In this document: in pieces, positions 42,506-50,347 of the stretch
How the letters are laid out: every line of letters begins with the position of its first letter
How positions within the stretch are numbered: the first letter of the stretch is position 1
From: Chloroflexota bacterium
GTDB lineage: Bacteria > Chloroflexota > Chloroflexia > QHBQ01
Reading direction: 5' to 3'
DNA length: 64,000 bases
Assembly: GCA_043754535.1 (NCBI GenBank)
Contig: JAYUUN010000001.1
Coordinates: forward strand, 461-64,460
Translations under genes and position numbers: made by a program
Notes under the pieces: model-generated
Seen by the model: the letters and a program-made list of their open reading frames with translations, nothing else
Database searches by the model: none
Told to the model about the DNA's origin: nothing

Positions 42506-43506
42506 AGGGCCAAATCCTGCTCGTCGCGGCGGTCGCGGGAGAGCAAGGCCATGATCGCCTGCTGCACACTGCGCCCCTCGAACAAGACAGCGTGCAGTTG
42601 GGCGGTGATCGGCATCTCGATGTTGTAGCGGGCAGCCATCGCCATTGCCGCCTGGGTGGTGGTCACTCCCTCGGCGATGTGGCCCATGCTGGCTCGGATT
42701 TCGTCCAGCTTGCGACCCCTTGCCAGTTCCTGACCTAGATATCGATTGCGGCTGTACTTGCTGGCGCAGGTGGCGATCACGTCACCTAGCCCAGCCAGGC
42801 CTGCGAAGGTGGCGAGTTGCGCGCCAGCCGCTAGCCCCAGCCGCCCCATCTCTGCCAGCCCGCGCGTGATCAGCGCACTCTTGGCGTTGTCACCGATCTC
42901 CAACCCGTCACAAACCCCAGCCGCAAGCGCGATGATGTTCTTCAGTGCGCCGCACAACTCCACACCCACCAGGTCGGTGTTGGTGTAGATACGTAGCATC
43001 AGGGTCATCAATGCGTCCTGCACTCTGGTAGCCGTCGCCAGATCGGCAGCCGCAACCACCGAAGTGGCAGGCTTCTGCTCAACTACCTCCTGAGCGAGGT
43101 TGGGGCCAGAGAGAGCAGCGGCGTGGGCCTGCGGTACCTCCTCGGCCAGAATCTCACTCATCCGCTTGATGCTGCCCAGTTCCAGCCCCTTAGTTGCGCT
43201 GACCAGCACGCTGCCCGGTTGCACGAGAGAGGCAAAGGCAGCAGCGTTGGCGCGCATCGTCTGCGAGGGGACGACGAAGAAGATGATTTGGGCATTGGCA
43301 ACGCTGCTCAGGTCGCTGCTGACCTTGAGGCTGGCAGGCAGAGACACCCCCGGCAACTTGCGCCGATTCTCGCGGCTGGCGAATATCTCCCCAGCCTCGT
43401 TGGGGTTGCGGCAGTATAGGGTAACATCGCGCCCTGCCTGCGCCATCGTTAGGGCCAGGGTAGTACCCCAGGCCCCGCTGCCAACCACGGTTATCTGCTC
43501 TGCCAC
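42502..43506 (-). CDS. gpsA: NAD(P)H-dependent glycerol-3-phosphate dehydrogenase
   Basis: AEQITVVGSGAWGTTLA, GALKNIIALAAG, collinear GpsA. GTG 43506 with GGAG/GAGG upstream is preferred because the promoter -10 overlaps ATG 43533. The ORF-track start 43788 is implausible. Confidence 0.85.
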   Translation of the reverse strand: MAEQITVVGSGAWGTTLALTMAQAGRDVTLYCRNPNEAGEIFASRENRRKLPGVSLPASLKVSSDLSSVANAQIIFFVVPSQTMRANAAAFASLVQPGSVLVSATKGLELGSIKRMSEILAEEVPQAHAAALSGPNLAQEVVEQKPATSVVAAADLATATRVQDALMTLMLRIYTNTDLVGVELCGALKNIIALAAGVCDGLEIGDNAKSALITRGLAEMGRLGLAAGAQLATFAGLAGLGDVIATCASKYSRNRYLGQELARGRKLDEIRASMGHIAEGVTTTQAAMAMAARYNIEMPITAQLHAVLFEGRSVQQAIMALLSRDRRDEQDLAL

Positions 43507-43531
43507 TGCCTCACTCCCTCGCTTGCGCGGC

Positions 43532-43560
43532 ATGATAGCACAGCGCAGGGTTACTGTCAA
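43532..43560 (-). promoter_or_regulatory. sigma70-type promoter TTGACA-17-(TGC)TATCAT for gpsA-GT2
   Basis: Minus strand TTGACA (43560-43555), 17-nt spacer, TATCAT (43537-43532). Confidence 0.55.
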
Positions 43561-43621
43561 TGAGGCACAAAGTAGCCCCGGAGCGATCCGGGGCCACTTG
43601 CTTGATGCTACCAGGTGTAGC

Positions 43622-44506
43622 TTACTGTACGCTAAACTTGCCAACGCCCTGGGTATCACTGCGGGTGCTGTAGAAGACCAGCGAGTGGTTGCCCTTCGGG
43701 AAGCCACTGTAGCGGACGCGAACCGCGTATCCGCCGCCGCCGAGGCCGTCTTCGTCACTTTCCGAGGCAACGCCGCTACCCAGGCCAATTACGCCCAGGC
43801 CAGTCGAGGGGTCGGTGTTCAGCCAGATTTGCAGCTTCTCACCAGGGACGAAGAAGCGGCCAGTAAAGAGGCTGCTGTTCGCATTGTTTCCAGTGCTGCC
43901 ACCAGCGACGGTCTCCATCTCTTGGATCGCGTCGGCGGTGCCGTCGGCGGTGCTGGTGGAGCCGGTGGTGGTGCTAATGCCGTTGGACTCGACGAAGCCG
44001 CCGCCCAGGACGTTATCGAAGATAGCCACAGCGCGGTCACGCAGTTCGAAGCCGCCAGTTGCATCAGCCTTGAGCTTAACGGTGATGTCCGCTGTTACCG
44101 AAGTGCCACCGCCGATGTTGCCGAAGTCGATCCCCTGGATGCCCTCGTCCTTGAGGTAGACGAACTGGGTATTGGGGCTGCTGCTCTTGGTGCCAGCAAC
44201 GCTATAGAACTGGGTCTGGATCGGCAGCAAAGCAATAACGCCACTGATTTCGCCCTTCTGCACGTTCTTGGCAATTATGCTTAGTACCATCGTGTCGCCC
44301 GCTGCGACGGTGATGTTCTTGTCGACGCGCAGAGAGAGCTGCAAGTAGCCCTCAGAGTGGCCGGTGAACTCCTCACGGGGATCTCCCGCACGGGGGGAGG
44401 GAACGGCCCCTTCGCCCTGGGCGAAGGCTGCACCACTGAACGTGAGAACGAGGGCCAGAGCGGAGATTGCCGCGAGGACGCGGGTCGTCCACTTGGGATT
44501 AGACAT
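43622..44506 (-). CDS. secreted/cell-surface protein (hypothetical)
   Basis: Signal peptide MSNPKWTTRVLAAISALALVLTFSGAAFAQG, a beta-sandwich-like N-domain, a Thr/Ser/Gly linker and a C-terminal domain. ATG 44506 follows GGAAAGGGGAAG. The ORF-track start is 44650. Confidence 0.6.
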   Translation of the reverse strand: MSNPKWTTRVLAAISALALVLTFSGAAFAQGEGAVPSPRAGDPREEFTGHSEGYLQLSLRVDKNITVAAGDTMVLSIIAKNVQKGEISGVIALLPIQTQFYSVAGTKSSSPNTQFVYLKDEGIQGIDFGNIGGGTSVTADITVKLKADATGGFELRDRAVAIFDNVLGGGFVESNGISTTTGSTSTADGTADAIQEMETVAGGSTGNNANSSLFTGRFFVPGEKLQIWLNTDPSTGLGVIGLGSGVASESDEDGLGGGGYAVRVRYSGFPKGNHSLVFYSTRSDTQGVGKFSVQ

Positions 44507-44691
44507 AACTAACTTCCCCTTTCCTTTGTAAAAAAGATGATCGCCAGTTAGGGCCGAACTGCGGACTGGCTCCTGATCTTGAGCAGAAGTCATGCCATCC
44601 CTCCTACACACAGCCGTAGCACCTGGCAAAGCAGGGAGCAGCGGGCGCAAAAGGCAGTTAGTTGGGCAACAGGCGTACTTGTGTCTGGCTC

Positions 44692-44720
44692 ATTATAGCA
44701 GTAAGCCATATGCTTGTCAA
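44692..44720 (-). promoter_or_regulatory. perfect consensus sigma70 promoter TTGACA-17-(TGC)TATAAT
   Basis: Minus strand TTGACA (44720-44715), 17-nt spacer, TGCTATAAT (44700-44692). This implies a ~180-nt leader to ATG 44506. Confidence 0.6.
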
Positions 44721-45006
44721 TAGAGGTAGGGCCAAAGTAACTTTTGTGGTCTCAGCATCTGCCGCCAGCAGATTGTCAGCGGTGCAAATGCCCACGCCTG
44801 CTGCACTACCAATCTGCTGGCTAGAGTGGTGTAGCAGCAGGCGTGGTCTGGGGTAGTGCAAACCTGAAGGCCACAGCTCTACCACTATCCAGTACCCGCC
44901 GCTTGCCGCCCAAGCCAGCAGTGGCGTATAATGGCAAGGCGCAACTGTGTTTTGTGCGACAAGCGCAGTTCAATGAAGAACAGCCACAAGAGGAGAATGC
45001 AAGATA

Positions 45007-47817
45007 ATGTGGGAGAGCTTTAGCAAGGAAGAGGTACTCGCCTACCGCCGCCGCCAGCGCGGTGTTATTGGGGTGCAGAGCAAGGTGCCAGTGCGCGATG
45101 CCTCGGCCCTCAGCCTGCTGTACACCCCAGGTGTGGCCGCTGTGAGCCTGGAGATCGCAGCCCACCCTGATGCCTCGTTCGACTACACCTGCCGGGGCAA
45201 CACGATTGCCTTGCTTAGCGACGGCTCGGCAATGCTCGAAGTGGGTAATGGGGGGGCGGATGCGGTGCTGCCCGTGCTGGAAGGCAAGTCGGTGATCTTC
45301 AAGACCTTCGCCGGAGTGGACGCGGTGCCGATTGCGATCCGCAGCCAGGACACGCAGCGGTTCATCAACACCGCCGTCAACTTGCTGCCGGGCTTCGGCG
45401 CGATCACCATCGAAGATGTTGCCTCACCGCGCGCCTTCACCATTGAACGCTGCTTGCAATCCGCCGCCGACGTGCCGGTTTTCCACAGCCACGCACATGG
45501 CACCGGGGTGGTCGTCCTTGCTGCTCTGCACAACTCGCTCAAGATCGTGGGTAAGCGGCTGGAAACAGCGAAGATCGTGATCAACGGGGCTGGGGCTGCC
45601 GGGATCGGTACGGCGATGCTGTTGCTCAAGGCGGGGGTTGACCCGCGCAACCTGATCGTCTGCGACCGCCTGGGCGCGATCCACGCCAACCGCTCGCAGC
45701 AGATGAACTGGGCCAAGTGGGAGTTGGCTAAGAGTGCCAACCGCCAGGAGCAGGCGGGCAAACTGGAGGAGATCATCCAGGGAGCCGACGTGCTGATCGG
45801 CCTGAGTGCGCCGAATGTGGTCACGGCGGAGATGATCCAGAGCATGGCTGCCGACCCCATCGTGTACGCTCTAGCCGTCCCCACCCCAGAGATCAGCGAG
45901 GAGGCCGCTCGCGCAGCCGGAGCGCGCATCGTCGCCACCGACCTCTCGCGCAGCCAAAACCAGCTTGATATGTCTCTGGTGCTGCCTGGCTTCCTACGCG
46001 GCCTGCTCGACACTCGCGCTCGCAATGTCAACAACCAGATGCTCCTGGCCGCCGCCGCTGCCCTTGCTGGCCTGGTCAGTGAGGAGGAGATGAGCAGGGG
46101 CGTGGTCATCCCCCAGGTGTTCGACTACCGGGTTGCCCCCCGCGTCGCCGCTGCTGTGGCCCGCGCCGCCAACGAAACCGGTGATTCGCGCTTGCAGATC
46201 GACCCGGAGGAGACTGCCCAGCGCACCTCTGCCTTCATCTACGAAGGCTCGCTCCCCCTACGTCCTAAGCGGGTGCGCGCCGATGGTGAAACGGCTGGCT
46301 CCTCCTTTAACCTCGAAGAAGGGGCAGCGGTAGATAGCAGCGGGCGCAGCTTCGCCGCTGAAGCCAACAATGGTAGTGAGGCTAAGGCGGGCAAGAAGGT
46401 ACGCTCAACGACCAGTTCGCCGACCGCTCTCGCCAGCGAAGCTGCCGCAGGCAACCGCCAACAGCAGGCCGCCACGCCCAGTGCGGAAGTGTTGGAAGCA
46501 GTTGGCCTTGACCGCAGCGGCCCCGCCCAGCCGAGTAGCCCCTCGGCCCCAGCTATCTCCGAAGAAGCGGTAGAATTGCACCGCCGCTACACGGGCGTGC
46601 TGGAAGTACGTAGCAAAATCCCGGTGAAGGATCAGCGGGTGCTGGAACTGTTCTACCTGCCGCCATACTCCTCCGCCCCCGCCGCCGCCATCGTCGCCGA
46701 CGCAATGGCCGTCTACGACTACACCACGAAGGGCAACCTGGTGGCGGTGATCACGGACGGTAGCGCAGTTCTCGGCCTCGGTAACATTGGCCCCCGCGCT
46801 GCTTTGCCAGTGATGGAAGGCAAGGCCGTGCTGTTCAACACCTTCGCGGGGGTGGAAGCCTTCCCCATCTGCGTTGCCACCCAGGACCCGGACGAGTTCG
46901 TAGCCGTGGTGAAGGACATCTCTGCCAACTTCGGTGGGGTGAACCTGGAGGACATTACCGCCCCGCGCTGCTTCGAGGTTGAGGAGCGGCTGCGTAAGGA
47001 ATGCGACATCCCGATCTTCCACGACGACCAGCACGGCACTGCTGTAGTGGTGCTTGCTGCCCTGACGGGGGCGTTGCGTGTGGTCGGCAAGCGGATCGAG
47101 GATGTGCGCGTGGTCTTTAATGGGGCTGGGGCGGCTGGTATCGCCTGCGCCAACCTGCTCTTTCAGGCTGGGGTGGGCGACGTGGTTATGTGTGACCGTA
47201 AGGGTACGCTCTATCAGGGTCGGGCCGAGGACATGAACCACTACAAGCAGATCATGGCGAACCGCAGCAACAAGAGCGGCATCAAGGGCAAGCTGGCGGA
47301 TGCGGTGCGCGGAGCAGACGTTTTCATCGGCCTCAGCCAGGCAGGGGCGTTGACCCAGGATATGGTACGTAGTATGGCTCCAGATGCTATCGTATTCGGC
47401 CTCGCCAATCCCGTGCCAGAAATCTGGCCGGAGGCGGCGAAGGCAGCCGGGGCGCGGGTGGTCGCCACAGGCCGCAGCGACCTCGCCAACCAAGTGAACA
47501 ACTCGCTAGCTTTCCCTGGTATCTTCCGTGGCGCATTGGACACCCGCGCCCGCCAGATCAACGACGAGATGAAGGTGGCCGCTGCCCACGCCATCGCCTC
47601 TCTGGTTGGCGACCGCGAACTAAATCCCGACTTCATCATCCCAAAGGCGACCGATTACCGGGTCGCCCCCAAGGTGGCGGGGGCGGTCGCTCGCAGCGCA
47701 ATGGCAACTGGCGAAGCGCGCATCACGGTTGACGCGGACGCGGTGGAAGCGAACACCCGCGCCTTTATCTACGAGGGCCGATTGGAGCGGATCGAGGCAA
47801 TCAGCAACGGAAAGTAG
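45007..47817 (+). CDS. tandem-duplicated NAD(P)-dependent malic enzyme (eroded N-terminal copy, linker, canonical C-terminal copy)
   Basis: Two collinear malic-enzyme modules. The C-terminal module has DGSAVLGLGNIGP, PVMEGKA, GGVNLEDITAPRCF, FHDDQHGTA, NGAGAAG. The N-terminal module has YTPGVA but FHSHAHGTG and LEVGNGGA. AGAGGAGAA before ATG 45007. Confidence 0.85.
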   Translation: MWESFSKEEVLAYRRRQRGVIGVQSKVPVRDASALSLLYTPGVAAVSLEIAAHPDASFDYTCRGNTIALLSDGSAMLEVGNGGADAVLPVLEGKSVIFKTFAGVDAVPIAIRSQDTQRFINTAVNLLPGFGAITIEDVASPRAFTIERCLQSAADVPVFHSHAHGTGVVVLAALHNSLKIVGKRLETAKIVINGAGAAGIGTAMLLLKAGVDPRNLIVCDRLGAIHANRSQQMNWAKWELAKSANRQEQAGKLEEIIQGADVLIGLSAPNVVTAEMIQSMAADPIVYALAVPTPEISEEAARAAGARIVATDLSRSQNQLDMSLVLPGFLRGLLDTRARNVNNQMLLAAAAALAGLVSEEEMSRGVVIPQVFDYRVAPRVAAAVARAANETGDSRLQIDPEETAQRTSAFIYEGSLPLRPKRVRADGETAGSSFNLEEGAAVDSSGRSFAAEANNGSEAKAGKKVRSTTSSPTALASEAAAGNRQQQAATPSAEVLEAVGLDRSGPAQPSSPSAPAISEEAVELHRRYTGVLEVRSKIPVKDQRVLELFYLPPYSSAPAAAIVADAMAVYDYTTKGNLVAVITDGSAVLGLGNIGPRAALPVMEGKAVLFNTFAGVEAFPICVATQDPDEFVAVVKDISANFGGVNLEDITAPRCFEVEERLRKECDIPIFHDDQHGTAVVVLAALTGALRVVGKRIEDVRVVFNGAGAAGIACANLLFQAGVGDVVMCDRKGTLYQGRAEDMNHYKQIMANRSNKSGIKGKLADAVRGADVFIGLSQAGALTQDMVRSMAPDAIVFGLANPVPEIWPEAAKAAGARVVATGRSDLANQVNNSLAFPGIFRGALDTRARQINDEMKVAAAHAIASLVGDRELNPDFIIPKATDYRVAPKVAGAVARSAMATGEARITVDADAVEANTRAFIYEGRLERIEAISNGK

Positions 47818-47823
47818 AGCTTG

Positions 47824-47994
47824 ATGGACGAGCAGCAGAAGCAAGCCGATCAGCCCGCCAGCGAGTCGCCGATCCCCAGGGTTGGCCCCTCGCGGCTGGG
47901 CGTGATCATAATGGCGATCCTGCTGGTGCTGGTGATCGTCTTTGCCGTCCTCTTTAGTCTCCTGGTTGGGCCAGCCAGCCCGATGGGGGGCTAG
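47824..47994 (+). CDS. 56-aa single-TM small protein (hypothetical; below ORF-track cutoff)
   Basis: My translation: MDEQQKQADQPASESPIPRVGPSRLGVIIMAILLVLVIVFAVLFSLLVGPASPMGG. GC-rich third positions. Starts 6 nt after the malic enzyme stop. Confidence 0.3.
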   Translation: MDEQQKQADQPASESPIPRVGPSRLGVIIMAILLVLVIVFAVLFSLLVGPASPMGG

Positions 47995-47998
47995 CCCA

Positions 47999-48151
47999 GT
48001 GGCCGAGCAACCACAGCCAGAGGAGAGGCAGCCCACCCCCCCGCGACGGGGCAAGATGAGCGGGCGCGAAATGGCTTTTATCATCCTCATGCTAGCCCTG
48101 GCGGTGGTGGCCGCCTTCGCTATGGAGTGGTACATCAGCGGCCTCAGCTAG
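47999..48151 (+). CDS. ~50-aa single-TM small protein (hypothetical)
   Basis: GTG 47999 (or ATG 48056) ... MAFIILMLALAVVAAFAMEWYISGLS. Pro-rich hydrophilic N-terminus followed by one TM segment. Confidence 0.3.
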   Translation: MAEQPQPEERQPTPPRRGKMSGREMAFIILMLALAVVAAFAMEWYISGLS

Positions 48152-48164
48152 GGTGGAGTAGCCA

Positions 48165-48617
48165 ATGGATGAGCGGCAGCCAACAGCAGCAGAGTTGAGC
48201 ATAGAGCGGCGGGTGCGCTCACGTCGGGCAGTGGGCTACTGGCTGGCCTTCGCTGCGATCCTGCTGACCGCTGCCTTCGTGCTGGACAGGCCGTTCGCCG
48301 CCAACGTCGCGGGCGTACTAGACATCGGCATCGGGGTGCTGTTCGGCGGCTTCAGCCTGGCGGTGATCCGCAGGCGGGGGGGCATCGCCCAGGCGTTGGG
48401 TCGTCCGGCTCTGTTCTTCTACCTTGCCTCGGCCCTCTACCTGATTGCGCTTGGCTACGGCCTGCTCAACCGCCCACCCACACCACCAGTGGCTATCGTG
48501 GGCGATGGCTGGGTGGTGGCCCTGTTCCTCTTTGGCCTCACCCTCGACATCTACATCTTCTTTCGCCGCTTGCAAGCGCAGTTGCGTCGTGCTAGGCAGG
48601 AACAGGAGGGTGGCTAG
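48165..48617 (+). CDS. membrane protein (hypothetical)
   Basis: 150 aa with four hydrophobic segments. The N-terminus MDERQP resembles the start of the 47824 ORF. Confidence 0.45.
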   Translation: MDERQPTAAELSIERRVRSRRAVGYWLAFAAILLTAAFVLDRPFAANVAGVLDIGIGVLFGGFSLAVIRRRGGIAQALGRPALFFYLASALYLIALGYGLLNRPPTPPVAIVGDGWVVALFLFGLTLDIYIFFRRLQAQLRRARQEQEGG

Positions 48618-49282
48618 GTCAGCCTGCTGCGCGCCGCCTTGTAGCCAACGATCACGATCATCAACCAGCTTACCCCCAAGAGGTAGCCACCCGCCACGTC
48701 GCTGAGGAAGTGGTGACCCGCATAGAGGCGCGAGCAACCCATCAGCCCGATCACCAGCAGTAGTAGCCCAGTCAGCAGGTAGCGAAGGGCGGCGTTCGTC
48801 ACGTGCGCCCAGAGCAGATAGACGCAGAAGCCGAACATGGCGGTGGCAGTCGCCACGTGGCCTGATGGGAAGCTAGTGTCGCGCACGCGGTCGGCATCGA
48901 ACAGGTAGAGCGCGCTAGCAGGGCGAGGGCGTTCGACGTAGCGTTTGACCAGATCGACCAGCAGTTGTGCGCCCGCGAAGCTGACCACCACCCCGACTGC
49001 CCCTCGCCAGTTCCCCAAGCCGAGGACGATCACGGTGACGACCACGCCACTGAGGATCGAGTAGGGGCTGTAACCAGCGGCGGTCAGGCCCCGCAGGATG
49101 GGATCGAGCCAGCCGAGGCTACTTTGTACCCAGCGGATCGCGTCCAGGTCTAGGGCTGAGGGCTGGCTGCCCCGCACCGTTGCTGTAAGATAGGCCAGGG
49201 CTAGCAGACTGAGGCTGAGGATCGCCAGTAGGCGGTAGGGGGCTGGCTGCTTGCGGTCTGGTTGGCTATTGGGCTTCTGCAT
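48614..49282 (-). CDS. PAP2-family lipid phosphate phosphatase
   Basis: KRYVERPRP (KxxxxxxRP), FPSGH, SRLYAGHHFLSDV (SRxxxxxHxxxD). ATG 49282 follows GAGGAG. The longer ORF to 49360 would run through the promoter and terminator. Confidence 0.8.
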   Translation of the reverse strand: MQKPNSQPDRKQPAPYRLLAILSLSLLALAYLTATVRGSQPSALDLDAIRWVQSSLGWLDPILRGLTAAGYSPYSILSGVVVTVIVLGLGNWRGAVGVVVSFAGAQLLVDLVKRYVERPRPASALYLFDADRVRDTSFPSGHVATATAMFGFCVYLLWAHVTNAALRYLLTGLLLLVIGLMGCSRLYAGHHFLSDVAGGYLLGVSWLMIVIVGYKAARSRLT

Positions 49283-49318
49283 TGGCGGGCGGCTCCTCTG
49301 GGTGGGGATGTTGGCTGC

Positions 49319-49347
49319 AATATACAAGCCCAGGGCGGTGCTGTCAA
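49319..49347 (-). promoter_or_regulatory. sigma70-type promoter TTGACA-17-TATATT for the PAP2 gene
   Basis: Minus strand TTGACA (49347-49342), 17-nt spacer, TATATT (49324-49319). Confidence 0.55.
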
Positions 49348-49358
49348 GCGGAGCAAGC

Positions 49359-49383
49359 AAAAACCCCGCTGCGTAGCGGGGTT
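49359..49383 (-). terminator. Rho-independent terminator after the CsbD-family gene
   Basis: Minus strand AACCCCGCT-ACGC-AGCGGGGTT followed by TTTTG. Confidence 0.7.
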
Positions 49384-49405
49384 AGTTGGTCGCCAGGAGA
49401 TCAGC

Positions 49406-49660
49406 TTACTTGTTGTCGCGGTGAAAAAGGTCGCCTACGGCGTTGCCGACATTGTGGGCGGCATCGCCAATGCCCTCACCGACGTTATTGGCTGCGTCCT
49501 TGACGTGGCCCCACGCGCTTTCGCTGCGGCCCTGCGCCTCGTCGGCCTGGCCCTGGGCTACAGTGTCCGCATCGCCAACGGCGTGACCAATACCCTGCTC
49601 GATCTTACCAGCGGTCTGGTCAATCGCCCCCGAAACGTGATCCTTGGTGCTATCTGCCAT
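49406..49660 (-). CDS. CsbD-family stress protein
   Basis: MADSTKDHVSGAIDQTAGKIEQGIGHAVGD...AQGQADEAQG pattern of the CsbD family. AAGGAGG before the ATG. Confidence 0.75.
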   Translation of the reverse strand: MADSTKDHVSGAIDQTAGKIEQGIGHAVGDADTVAQGQADEAQGRSESAWGHVKDAANNVGEGIGDAAHNVGNAVGDLFHRDNK

Positions 49661-49814
49661 CGTTGGTTAGCCTCCTTGCTAAAGTCACTGCCAAGAGAAA
49701 AAGGTTGCTGGCTGACGCACTTGTGTCGCAACTGGTAAGGTTGATGCGCCAGCCCTCAATCAACTCCAAGCAGCAAGTGTGCCACCTGTCCTTGTTACTG
49801 CTTTTGGCAGCGGG

Positions 49815-49823
49815 TGGTATAAT
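49815..49823 (+). promoter_or_regulatory. extended -10 promoter candidate (TGGTATAAT)
   Basis: TGGTATAAT lies in the divergent intergenic region. It is followed by a tandem GGTTGCGGG repeat and GAGAGGAGG before ATG 49896. Confidence 0.45.
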
Positions 49824-49895
49824 GGCGGCATAATCGGGTCGCCTGCCTTTGGTTGCGGGTGGTTGCGGGCGGCGCAGGATTGAGAGGAGGCGATT

Positions 49896-50345
49896 ATGGC
49901 TGGTGAACGCGAGGTAAAGGTGCAGCTTAGTGCCGAGGAGTACGACATCCTAGAGCAAGTGCGTGGTGAGGCGAGCCTGGGTGAGTTCTTGCAGATGGTA
50001 GTGGGCAGCTTCATTGAGGAGAACATCGTTGAGGATGAGGATGAGGAGGACGACCCCATGGCGGGCCTGAGTATTGAGGATCACCAGCGGCTAGCCGACA
50101 GTGCTGAGGCTGACACCGTGAGCCTGGCCGAGATCAAGCTGTTTCTCGACCAGAAGTTTGCCCGCCTCGAAGCGGAGCGCGATGCAGCCAACGGCGATTG
50201 GATGAAGGTGAAAGTAGGTCAGTCTGTCTTGCGCCAACTCGACCAGATCACCGACGACTACCTGGTGAAGCAGGGGCTTGGCGCAGCGCGAGAGATCGGC
50301 TACAAGCTCTATGAGGCGATGCGCCAGACTGCGCAGCCGAACTGA
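49896..50345 (+). CDS. acidic protein with N-terminal ribbon-helix-helix-like segment (hypothetical)
   Basis: VKVQLSAEEYDILEQVRGEASLGEFLQMVV resembles an RHH (CopG/Arc-type) beta-alpha-alpha unit. It is followed by an EDEDEEDD acidic tract and a coiled-coil-like tail. Confidence 0.4.
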   Translation: MAGEREVKVQLSAEEYDILEQVRGEASLGEFLQMVVGSFIEENIVEDEDEEDDPMAGLSIEDHQRLADSAEADTVSLAEIKLFLDQKFARLEAERDAANGDWMKVKVGQSVLRQLDQITDDYLVKQGLGAAREIGYKLYEAMRQTAQPN

Positions 50346-50347
50346 GG

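Noticed and set aside
43534-43788. 85-codon N-terminal extension of gpsA. The same applies to the 82-codon extension of the hydrolase at 16177-16422 and the 48-codon extension at 44507-44650.
   Set aside because: The extensions lack protein-like composition and run through promoter elements. Homology-consistent starts with an SD exist downstream.
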